From contig NC_003450.3 in assembly GCF_000011325.1 (NCBI RefSeq), positions 2,460,001 to 2,492,000 on the forward strand: DNA of 32,000 nucleotides, read 5' to 3'. Made by a program: the position numbers and the translations under genes. Under the pieces are notes generated by a model, which saw nothing but the letters and a program-made list of their open reading frames with translations, searched no databases and was not told the origin of the DNA. Shown piece by piece: positions 24,662 through 32,000 of this stretch (positions within the stretch are counted from its first letter, which is position 1; each line of letters begins with the position of its first letter). Origin of the DNA: Corynebacterium glutamicum ATCC 13032. Lineage in GTDB: Bacteria > Actinomycetota > Actinomycetes > Mycobacteriales > Mycobacteriaceae.

Positions 24662-25273
24662 ATGAGCTCCACGCTCGCACGAAAAGCTTCAGGCGACGGT
24701 TCCGAAAAGAAGAAGCCTGGCTTGTTTAGACGTGCGCTTCGTTTCCTCACCCACCCACCTCACAAACAGGTAGACAACAGCCTTGCGGATATCCGTGAAG
24801 GATTAGGCCTCGGGGTGGACGATTCCCACGAAGGATCCAAACCCAGCAACGATCATTCTTTGCTGCATGAAAAGCCTGAAATTTCCGTCATGCCGACCGA
24901 ATCAATGGCACGGCTGATCTTTTATGCGCCTGATATGGATGGGCAAACAGACCCCGGTGAAGTAGTGTGGATTTGGGCACCAGCCGATGGCCCCCAGCAA
25001 CCACCCCGTAAACGTGCCATCGTTGTTGTTGGAAGAAACCGAAACGCCATTTTAGGTCTGCTCATTTCCTGCAACCCCGAGCACCGCACTGATGAAGACT
25101 GGATCGACATTGGATCTGGCAGCTGGGACCCTCGAGGTCGCCAAAGTTGGGTACGACTCGACCGCGTTCTGGAGGTACCCGAATTGGGTATCCGGCGCCA
25201 AGGAACAGTCGTCCCCCCGGGGCGCTTTGAGCGTATCGCCAACCGCCTCCGCAACGATTTCAACTGGGTCTAA
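24662..25273 (+). CDS. MazF/PemK-fold domain protein with a long low-complexity N-terminal extension, 203 aa
   Basis: Residues ~88-203 track E. coli MazF block by block, from memory: YAPDMDG..GEVVWIW / YVPDMGDLIWVDF; RKRAIVVV / HRPAVVLS; GTVVPPGRFERIANRL / GTVAPEELQLIKAKI. AAGGTGA ribosome-binding site before the ATG. Confidence 0.7.
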   Translation: MSSTLARKASGDGSEKKKPGLFRRALRFLTHPPHKQVDNSLADIREGLGLGVDDSHEGSKPSNDHSLLHEKPEISVMPTESMARLIFYAPDMDGQTDPGEVVWIWAPADGPQQPPRKRAIVVVGRNRNAILGLLISCNPEHRTDEDWIDIGSGSWDPRGRQSWVRLDRVLEVPELGIRRQGTVVPPGRFERIANRLRNDFNWV

Positions 25274-25473
25274 CATTTATTTGGTAATTGGGCAACATCA
25301 CTGATACTCTTGAACGCTGTTGTCCATCTTTGATGTGAGCATTCCAGTGACATGCGGACAGGACCTTGGGTTCGTTGCACTTTATGCCAAGCAGTTTATT
25401 TAAAACTGCGGGAGAAACACTCCTCGATGGGTTTGTACACAACTTTAACTAGAAAGTTCAAGAGGTATTTGCG

Positions 25474-25737
25474 ATGGCAAACATCAAGTCTCAGATCAAG
25501 CGTAACAAGACCAACGAGAAGGCTCGTCTGCGTAACCAGGCAGTTCGCTCCGCAGTCCGCACCGAGATCCGCAAGTTCAACGCTGCGATTGAAGCAGGCG
25601 ACAAGGATGCAGCTCAGGCTCAGCTCCGTACCGCTTCCCGCGCACTGGACAAGGCAGTAACCAAGGGTGTCTTCCACATCAACAACGCTGCTAACAAGAA
25701 GTCCAACATGGCTACCGCTTTCAACAAGCTTGGCTAA
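25474..25737 (+). CDS. rpsT: 30S ribosomal protein S20, 87 aa
   Basis: [26 protein letters not shown]... is a canonical S20 N-terminus. AGAGG ribosome-binding site upstream. Confidence 0.95.
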   Translation: MANIKSQIKRNKTNEKARLRNQAVRSAVRTEIRKFNAAIEAGDKDAAQAQLRTASRALDKAVTKGVFHINNAANKKSNMATAFNKLG

Positions 25738-25752
25738 TTTTTGGCTCTTTTG

Positions 25753-25792
25753 AAAATGGCTTCCTATCAGTTTTGATTGGAAGCCATTTTTT
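25753..25792. terminator. Bidirectional rho-independent terminator (rpsT and the convergent LysE-family gene)
   Basis: 12-bp perfect stem AAAATGGCTTCC / GGAAGCCATTTT. The A run on the left and T run on the right give U tracts on both strands. Confidence 0.8.
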
Positions 25793-25798
25793 ATGCCT

Positions 25799-26470
25799 TT
25801 ACCCGAGTAAACCGGTCAGGCCTTCATACAGCAGAGTCACACCCACAACGAGGAAGACAACGCCAGCAAGCAGGTCAAACCAGGGACCTGCACGCAGCAT
25901 TGCTTTGCGCACACGCTCCGTAGAGACAATGAGGCACACAGCAGAGAAGGTAACAAAGGTCTGCACTAAAATCGCCACGATGATAGAGAACGCCAGCACC
26001 GGTGATGGGTGCGCTGGCATCAACGGAGCCAGAATTGCCGCGAAGTACATGACAACTTTAGGGTTTGACAGGTTGGTGGCCAAACCTTGTCGATATACCT
26101 GAGTGCGGGTTCCCAGTGCTTCTACCGCATCCGGGATAGGTCGGGCATCGGCGTTGAAACGGAACTGGCGGGCGTCGATAAGCTCTCTCGACGCCGAGCG
26201 CAGCAACTTGTACCCAATGAAGCTTAGGTACGTGCCGCCGACGAGCTGGATGATTCCGAGAATCGACGGATAAGTGGTGAGCAGCGCCGCTGCTCCCACG
26301 ACCGTCAGCGTCACCCACACCGTGAGTCCGGTGACGATGCCGGCGACGCCAGCGATCGCGTGCGCTCTGGAGCGGGTGGCTAAGCGGAGGAGGAAAAAGG
26401 TATCAGGCCCCGGGGATAAACTGCCCACCAAATTGAGCAGAATCAGGGTGCCAAAAGCGGTCCACTCCAC
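25799..26470 (-). CDS. LysE/RhtB-family amino-acid exporter, 223 aa
   Basis: N-terminal LNLVGSLSPGPDTFFLL motif and a six-TM profile typical of RhtB/LysE translocators. The GTG start lies 4 nt after the ankyrin gene stop. Confidence 0.85.
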   Translation of the reverse strand: MEWTAFGTLILLNLVGSLSPGPDTFFLLRLATRSRAHAIAGVAGIVTGLTVWVTLTVVGAAALLTTYPSILGIIQLVGGTYLSFIGYKLLRSASRELIDARQFRFNADARPIPDAVEALGTRTQVYRQGLATNLSNPKVVMYFAAILAPLMPAHPSPVLAFSIIVAILVQTFVTFSAVCLIVSTERVRKAMLRAGPWFDLLAGVVFLVVGVTLLYEGLTGLLG

Positions 26471-26474
26471 CGGC

Positions 26475-26876
26475 CTATGACTCGAAGCGAGCTACGAGAT
26501 CCTCGCGGCCAAACATCTTGGCGGTATCAACAGCAGTTGGAGTTCCAGCGTATGGGTCAGCACCACCAGCAAGCAGTGCCTCAATGACGGCTTCTTCCTT
26601 CTTAAAGATCGCGCCCGCCAGCGGCGTCTGATTGCGGTTGTTCACGCGATCCACATCGGCGCCACGCTCAATCAACGCCTGCACGACATCAGCATGTCCT
26701 GCATATGCTGCGAGCATGAGCAAAGTGTTGCCATCTTGGTTGGACAGGTTAACGTCAACGCCGTTGTCGACATATGCACCGAGGGTTGCTGCGGATTCTG
26801 CTCCCCCATCACGTGCCAGTCCAAAGATCTTAGTGACCAATTCCTGAACATCATCGGGTAAATCTGATTGTGTCAT
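26475..26876 (-). CDS. Ankyrin-repeat protein, 133 aa
   Basis: Ankyrin consensus GNTLLMLAAYAGHADVVQALIERGADVD followed by a second repeat, QTPLAGAIFKKEEAVIEALLAGGADP. The ATG at 26876 avoids overlapping the holA 3' end. Confidence 0.8.
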   Translation of the reverse strand: MTQSDLPDDVQELVTKIFGLARDGGAESAATLGAYVDNGVDVNLSNQDGNTLLMLAAYAGHADVVQALIERGADVDRVNNRNQTPLAGAIFKKEEAVIEALLAGGADPYAGTPTAVDTAKMFGREDLVARFES

Positions 26877-26907
26877 GCTCAAATATCTTACCCGCCGCCG
26901 TTCAGCG

Positions 26908-27903
26908 TTACCGCCTCGCCAGCTCTGCAACTCTTCTCACGGCAGATTCGATGGCAAATTCAGGATCGCCACTTTGTCCTTTTACAGCGGCATCCAGATC
27001 GGCCATCAAAATCACGGCCTCGCTGACCGCATCTCCCGACCAGTTTCGGGCCACTTTCGCAGTCTTCTCCACCACGAACGGCGGCATGCCCAATTCTTTG
27101 GCCAGCTCAAAACCGTTGATGCGTCCCCTGGTGGAATACAGCCTGGCGATCTGGCCAACTTTCATACTCAACGCAGCTGCCAATGCAACCGGGCTGGTAC
27201 CCAATTGAAGGGCACGTCTGGTGCTGGCCACGGCCTTTGACATTTGACCGGCGCATGCAGAATCGGCGATGTCGAAACCCGATACCTCAGCAACACCCAC
27301 GTAATAGGCACGGACTTTTTCCACCGTCACGTTGCCTTGGGTGTCCTCAACCAATTGGGATACGGCGGACGCCAGCTCTCTAAGATCTGAACCCACGCCC
27401 TCTAAAAGAGCATGAATGACATCTGGGGTGACCTGGACTTTGTGGTTTTTGAACTCTTGTTTTACCCAACCTGGACGATCCCGGTCTTTCAGCTTTGCGG
27501 CATCGTGCACCACCGCGACTTTTTCCAGCTTCTTCACCATCGACTTAGAGCGTCCACCGCCAGAGTGCATGACGATCAAGTAGGTACCAGGGCTGGGATC
27601 AACTGCTGCGGATAAGGCTAGATCTACAGCATCTTGGCCTGCTTGATCCATGTTGGTAAGCACCACCACACGGTCTTCAGCAAACAAGGATGGGCTTAAC
27701 GCATCCAACAATTCACCCTGAGTAATTTCGCTGGCCTTCAAGGTGGTGACCTGAAGCGAATCGGGGCTAGCCATCGATGAACGGATGTCATGCACGATGT
27801 TGATACGCGCGCGTTCGGCAAGGAACTCATCCTCGCCGAGAACAAGATGGACCGCTGGTTGAACTGAAATAGGTGCTGAAGCCACGTGACCATCGTGCCA
27901 CAA
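26908..27903 (-). CDS. holA: DNA polymerase III delta subunit, about 325-331 aa
   Basis: HolA-like N-terminus (VHLVLGEDEFLAERA), typical size, and conserved comEC-holA synteny. The start is TTG 27903 or GTG 27885. Confidence 0.85.
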   Translation of the reverse strand: MWHDGHVASAPISVQPAVHLVLGEDEFLAERARINIVHDIRSSMASPDSLQVTTLKASEITQGELLDALSPSLFAEDRVVVLTNMDQAGQDAVDLALSAAVDPSPGTYLIVMHSGGGRSKSMVKKLEKVAVVHDAAKLKDRDRPGWVKQEFKNHKVQVTPDVIHALLEGVGSDLRELASAVSQLVEDTQGNVTVEKVRAYYVGVAEVSGFDIADSACAGQMSKAVASTRRALQLGTSPVALAAALSMKVGQIARLYSTRGRINGFELAKELGMPPFVVEKTAKVARNWSGDAVSEAVILMADLDAAVKGQSGDPEFAIESAVRRVAELARR

Positions 27904-27909
27904 GTGTCG

Positions 27910-29574
27910 TTAAAATCTCCCGTCCGCTGCATGCTGGGTGCCATCAATATGAAGGCTGACCTCCCCATCGCGGTATGGATACAGCACAGGGATTCCTTCT
28001 CTGGTGACGATGGGGCGATCGGACATGCTGCCGTGGGGGTCTTCCACGATGATCAATTCTGCATGTTCGGGCACATCAGTGAGCTCAGAATCATCGGCGA
28101 TGATGACAAACCGCAGCTCTGTCGGATCTATTTGGGCTGGCAGTCTGTTATTCCACGCGCCGAAAAGAAAGAAGCAGACACAACACACTGCAAGGGTGCG
28201 CACATATCCTTTGTAGATAATCACCACCACCCACACCGCTGCCATACACGCCCAGGCAATCCCTGCCCAACCAGCACTTATTTCCAGCGTCGAATTGGGT
28301 AATTGTTGGCACCACTTGGCCACGTGATGAATCCACCAGGTGAAGGGCTCAATGATTTTCAAGAGTGGGTATTCCACTGGCCAGGGAAGAAGGCTTGCCA
28401 GCACGGCAATCAACCCAAGCAACGTGATGGGTGGAACAGCTAATTCAACCAACACGTTGGCCAGCACTGCCACGAGGGATATTTGGCGAGCCATCAGAGC
28501 GATAATCGGGATGGTCACCAGATCAGCGGCAATGGACACCGCGAAAGCGCGCACCACGATGTCTGGTACTTTCCACACCGCCAGTGGTGGACCGATGGCA
28601 CGGTACAGCAGTGGTTGAAGCATCACAATGCCAGCAGTTGCTGCACACGAGAGTAAGAATCCGTAATGCACCGCCAGGTTGGAATCATAAAACAGTAAGC
28701 AAATCACCGAAAGACTCAACCCATGCATCGGCTCCATCCGAGAAGAGTTGATGATTGCCAGAAGCCCCACGATGCCTGTGACCGAAGCACGAAGCACACT
28801 TGGTTCAAACCCCACGAGGGAGACAAAAATAACTAAGGACAGCAATGACGCCACCACCCTGATGCGTGGCCCAGCGGTGAGAAAATACGACAACACCACC
28901 ACAGAGGACACCACAATGGCTACATTGCTTCCACTAACAGCTGACAGGTGAGACAACCCCGTATCAATATAGGTTTGGGCTTCAATTGACCCCTGCAACC
29001 GCGTATCCCCCAACACCATGCCTGGAATCAGTCCACGGGAAGACTCCCCCACGGTTTCTTCCACGGCTTGGGAAAACCCGTCACGCACCTGGTTCACCCA
29101 TGCGCTATAACCAGTGGTCGGTTCCAACTGATCAATGTCTTCAGTGGAAATGGTCAGATCACCCACCCCAGGGAAACTATCTGGTTTAATCCGACCGGAC
29201 ACTGCAATGAGAGAGGCTTTCTCAATGGTGTCGCTACCAGAGTAAAACACTGGAATCGGCGCTGGATAGCCTTCTACTCTCAAACCGATTAGTTGATCAC
29301 CGCTGTCTAAAAACTTGATGGTTTCTGCGGTACCCACCCAGGTTTGCGGTGCTTCAAATGCCTTCGCGCTGCTGATTCTCAACGCAGCCATCACTACGGC
29401 ACCAACGCCCAGTGCAGCTATCACCACAGCTTGACCCCAGTGTTTAAACACACAAGCAGCAATGATCGCGATGCCAACAATCCCCACCGACAACACCCAC
29501 GAACCACTGATAATCAACGCAGCGACAGCCATCCACATCACAGCCGCCACCGGAACCAAACGCACCTCAATCAT
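27910..29574 (-). CDS. comEC: ComEC/Rec2-family membrane protein lacking the metallo-beta-lactamase domain, 554 aa
   Basis: N-terminal DUF4131-like region and a competence domain (GLSHLSAVSGSNVAIV) with many TM segments. No HxHxDH motif. ATGA overlap with comEA. Confidence 0.85.
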   Translation of the reverse strand: MIEVRLVPVAAVMWMAVAALIISGSWVLSVGIVGIAIIAACVFKHWGQAVVIAALGVGAVVMAALRISSAKAFEAPQTWVGTAETIKFLDSGDQLIGLRVEGYPAPIPVFYSGSDTIEKASLIAVSGRIKPDSFPGVGDLTISTEDIDQLEPTTGYSAWVNQVRDGFSQAVEETVGESSRGLIPGMVLGDTRLQGSIEAQTYIDTGLSHLSAVSGSNVAIVVSSVVVLSYFLTAGPRIRVVASLLSLVIFVSLVGFEPSVLRASVTGIVGLLAIINSSRMEPMHGLSLSVICLLFYDSNLAVHYGFLLSCAATAGIVMLQPLLYRAIGPPLAVWKVPDIVVRAFAVSIAADLVTIPIIALMARQISLVAVLANVLVELAVPPITLLGLIAVLASLLPWPVEYPLLKIIEPFTWWIHHVAKWCQQLPNSTLEISAGWAGIAWACMAAVWVVVIIYKGYVRTLAVCCVCFFLFGAWNNRLPAQIDPTELRFVIIADDSELTDVPEHAELIIVEDPHGSMSDRPIVTREGIPVLYPYRDGEVSLHIDGTQHAADGRF

Positions 29575-30224
29575 GGGGACACCAATCCAGAGATCTGCTC
29601 AAACTTTGAGGGCCCAATCCCCTTGACCTGCAGTAAATCCTCCACGGTGCTAAACCCACCGTTGCTCTCCCGAAAGTCAATGATCGCCTGCGCTGTCTTC
29701 TCCCCCACCCCAGGCAGCGTCACCAAATCAGCAACAGTGGCGGTATTCAAGGAAATCAACCCAGAAGCAGAAGTCGCAGCAGCATCAACCGAAATAGGTT
29801 GTACCTCGCCGATAGCTAAAACATGGATCTGGGTGCCGTCGACAAGCAATTGCGCCAAGTTGAGCGCCGTCAGATCGGCGTCTGGCAAGGCACCTGCAAT
29901 GGCCAGGGCATCAGCCACCCGCGAGCCCTCAGCGAGCGTGACCAGGCCGGGTTTAGCCACGTGCCCCACCACAGACACCACCACCTGCGAACTCGGCGCC
30001 GGTGTTTGATAGGTTTCCGCCAACGCCGCCATGGTGGGTGGATTCACGGGTTTCTCACGGGTGAAAAACCAACCGACAAAAGCCACAACGAGAACGATGC
30101 ACACGATCAACGCATGCTTGATGGAAATCTGAAACCGAGGCGTGGGATAGTTCACGCGCATGAGGTCTTCTGTACCCGTGGGCTGGGTAAGACCTTTAAG
30201 GCGTGCTGCAATATCCGGCTTCAT
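29571..30224 (-). CDS. comEA: ComEA-family DNA-binding protein (TM anchor, SLBB-like region, tandem helix-hairpin-helix), 217 aa
   Basis: The C-terminus LNTATVADLVTLPGVGEKTAQAIIDFRESNGGFSTVEDLLQVKGIGPSKFEQI is the canonical ComEA HhH module. A single N-terminal TM helix is present. Confidence 0.85.
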   Translation of the reverse strand: MKPDIAARLKGLTQPTGTEDLMRVNYPTPRFQISIKHALIVCIVLVVAFVGWFFTREKPVNPPTMAALAETYQTPAPSSQVVVSVVGHVAKPGLVTLAEGSRVADALAIAGALPDADLTALNLAQLLVDGTQIHVLAIGEVQPISVDAAATSASGLISLNTATVADLVTLPGVGEKTAQAIIDFRESNGGFSTVEDLLQVKGIGPSKFEQISGLVSP

Positions 30225-30287
30225 GCAGCACAGACTAAATGCAGTGGCGCCCTTAATCTAGCAAGGCGTCAGCACGGCTGTGGATAA

Positions 30288-31112
30288 CTATTTCGCGCCG
30301 GCTTTACCTGTGGACAACTCCGGGGCCTGGTTGGCAAACACCGCAGAAACTGATACCGCGCCGGGGCCGGAATGCACGGCAAGAGTGGGATCGATGTCCA
30401 CGCTCATGAAGCTGGAGCCTTCAGGCAGTGCGTTTCGCAGCAATTCTTCCAACTGCTTTGCTGCTTCGCGGGCCTCGTTTTGGCCAATCGCAATGAATAC
30501 GGGTTCACCATCTGCCCTGATCTGGGCTAATTCCACCAATTTGGCAAACGCTTTAGATTGGGTGCGGGTCTTAGCGGCGATCTCCATGCGACCACCGTTG
30601 AAACGCATGATGGGGCGGGTTGCCAGAGCCGTTGACACCATGGCGGTTGCAGTGGAAATCCGTCCCGACTTCCAGATTTCATCAATGCGGTGCAGGTAGA
30701 TCCAGGTTTCTGAACGCTTCAAGGTATCCACCGCGATGTCGTAGCATTCCTGCAAAGACGCGCCATCTTTAGCCATGCGGGCAGCAGCCATCGCGGCAGC
30801 ACCCACAGCCATACCGAGCGAACTGGTATCCACCACGCGCACAGAATCATCATCAAACACAGCGGCTGCTGTCACCGCTGCGGACCACGTGGACGAGAGC
30901 TCTTTAGAAATATGCAGCGCAAGCACACCGTCATCGCCACCGCGTTCAAGCTGGCGGGCGTAACTTGCTGCAAGTTCCAACGACGACAACCCGGATGTAC
31001 TGCGTTCTTCACCGTTATTCATCACGTGCAAGTTAATCACCGTGATGTCGAGGTCCTCGGCCACATGCGTTGGCAAGCATGCGGAGGAATCAACAATTAC
31101 CCGAACTGGCAT
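30288..31112 (-). CDS. DegV-family fatty-acid-binding protein, 274 aa
   Basis: The N-terminus VRVIVDSSACLP and overall length are typical of DegV/EDD-fold proteins. Confidence 0.85.
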   Translation of the reverse strand: MPVRVIVDSSACLPTHVAEDLDITVINLHVMNNGEERSTSGLSSLELAASYARQLERGGDDGVLALHISKELSSTWSAAVTAAAVFDDDSVRVVDTSSLGMAVGAAAMAAARMAKDGASLQECYDIAVDTLKRSETWIYLHRIDEIWKSGRISTATAMVSTALATRPIMRFNGGRMEIAAKTRTQSKAFAKLVELAQIRADGEPVFIAIGQNEAREAAKQLEELLRNALPEGSSFMSVDIDPTLAVHSGPGAVSVSAVFANQAPELSTGKAGAK

Positions 31113-31148
31113 CGCCTTTACTCCTCCACATTTTTATTGCCATCTTCT

Positions 31149-31859
31149 TTACTGCGTAACACCCATGTTCCAGCCGTCAAGATACCACTGGGCGTTTTCC
31201 ACATTGTTGCCCTCAAAATGAGGGCTGTTGGAAACCGCCGAAGAAATCTTGAGGTCATCTTCTGGGTTCTCACTACCTGCATAATAGCGAGGTCGGGCGG
31301 TCAATTGTGCCCAACAGGTATTTCCAAGTCCAGAGAACATGGGGTACTGATCATACGCCAGGTCCAAAAGATTCGAGGTCAGCGCATTAATCGTGCCACC
31401 GTGAGCCACGATGAGCACGGTGCCTTCATCCCAATCATCAAGCGACACCATCAACTCGTCGACAACTTGGCGTGCCCGGCGCGCAACATCCACGCGCGAT
31501 TCGCCGCCGGGTGGTGCCCACTGCGGATCGTGGCGCCATTGAGCGCGCGCACCTGGATATTCGGAATCCACCTCAGTGTGGGTTTTGGCCTGCCACTCAC
31601 CCAAATGCGTTTCCCGAAGACGCTTATCGACGCGCACCTCCGCGTCAATCAGCGCCGCAACCGCGCTTGCGGTGTTGAAGGCGCGGGAAAGATCCGAGCT
31701 GAACACATGGGTGATGTTTTTTTGAACCAGCACTGAGGCTGCGCTGGCCGCCTGTTGAAAGCCCAGGTCAGACAGCTCTGTGTCCAATTGTCCCTGCATT
31801 CGGGACGTGGCGTTGTATTCAGTCTGCCCGTGTCGGAGCAGAATCAGGCGACGAGTCAC
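31149..31859 (-). CDS. Histidine phosphatase family protein (phosphoglycerate-mutase-like; GpgP/GpmB-type), 236 aa
   Basis: RHG motif (LILLRHGQTEYN) and a second catalytic His (IVAHGGTI). It occupies the position of mycobacterial gpgP, downstream of rsfS. Confidence 0.85.
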   Translation of the reverse strand: MTRRLILLRHGQTEYNATSRMQGQLDTELSDLGFQQAASAASVLVQKNITHVFSSDLSRAFNTASAVAALIDAEVRVDKRLRETHLGEWQAKTHTEVDSEYPGARAQWRHDPQWAPPGGESRVDVARRARQVVDELMVSLDDWDEGTVLIVAHGGTINALTSNLLDLAYDQYPMFSGLGNTCWAQLTARPRYYAGSENPEDDLKISSAVSNSPHFEGNNVENAQWYLDGWNMGVTQ

Positions 31860-31870
31860 AGGACTACCTC

Positions 31871-32000
31871 TTAATCGTCCTCGTAGCCAGGCTCGTATTC
31901 AGCTGGCAAAGGTGGGAGTTCATCAATGCTGTCGATGTTGCGGATATCCGCCTCATCAGACCAGGAGGATTCACGCTTGAAGGTTTCAAGTCCTTCAATT
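31871..32000 (-). CDS. 3' end of an upstream gene (43 codons, acidic tail ...PAEYEPGYEDD); possibly rsfS by actinobacterial synteny
   Basis: Hand translation of the minus strand is open to the window edge and ends at TAA (31871-31873), 11 nt before the next gene's start, with AGAGG in between. The family call rests on synteny only. Confidence 0.35.
   Translation of the reverse strand, partial: IEGLETFKRESSWSDEADIRNIDSIDELPPLPAEYEPGYEDD

Noticed and set aside
26877-26930. N-terminal extensions offered by the ORF track (ankyrin gene here; also lepA 24394-24414, aceA 10693-10740, lcoP 13627-13653, thpR 3152-3397)
   Set aside because: The internal starts have better ribosome-binding sites, avoid overlap with neighbouring genes or promoters, and give N-termini and lengths that match the protein families.
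29344-31736. 221-aa, 154-aa, 139-aa and 274-aa plus-strand ORFs across comEC, comEA, degV and the phosphatase gene
   Set aside because: All overlap well-supported minus-strand genes. Their products are Arg/His/Pro-rich with no motifs, so they are antisense artefacts.
1-32000. Scan for tRNA/rRNA genes, CRISPR repeats, IS elements, integrases, phage or recognisable defence-system genes
   Set aside because: I found no T-loop GGTTCGAATCC-type motifs in a cloverleaf context, no regularly spaced direct repeats, no transposase or recombinase-like ORFs and no long terminal inverted repeats. The window appears to be core chromosome. This was an eye scan, not a computation.

Overview
The window reads as an ordinary core-chromosome segment of Corynebacterium glutamicum or a very close relative. 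I recognise it from memory of the protein sequences and the gene order; no search was run. Order: tail of a peptide/nickel-type ABC importer, thpR, rbsK, a PepSY membrane protein, a BASS carrier and a hexose-6-P mutarotase. Next come the divergent glyoxylate-shunt genes aceB and aceA, with a ~600-bp control region carrying a perfect RamB box. Then thiX, a metallophosphoesterase, the BCCT carrier lcoP and four poorly characterised genes (93 aa, 332 aa, a 536-aa secreted LTD protein, 128 aa). The rest is a TRAP dctPQM cluster, lepA, a MazF/PemK-fold orphan, rpsT and a long minus-strand operon: (rsfS?)-histidine phosphatase-degV-comEA-comEC-holA-ankyrin-lysE family. I found no rRNA, tRNA, CRISPR array, transposase, integrase or phage gene. 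I do not see a convincing novel multi-gene system. The points most worth a second look are: (1) a MazF/PemK-fold protein with a long disordered N-terminal extension, no antitoxin and a perfect palindrome in its leader; (2) a TRAP locus whose binding-protein gene looks 5'-truncated against the lepA terminator; (3) thiX, which looks like a neocarzinostatin-fold lipoprotein rather than a thiamine gene; (4) a triple 12-bp palindromic motif in front of the LTD gene; (5) two structured non-coding elements, a 130-bp palindrome and a pair of near-identical terminator hairpins with a compensatory base-pair change. All family calls are motif recognition by eye and need homology or structure searches.
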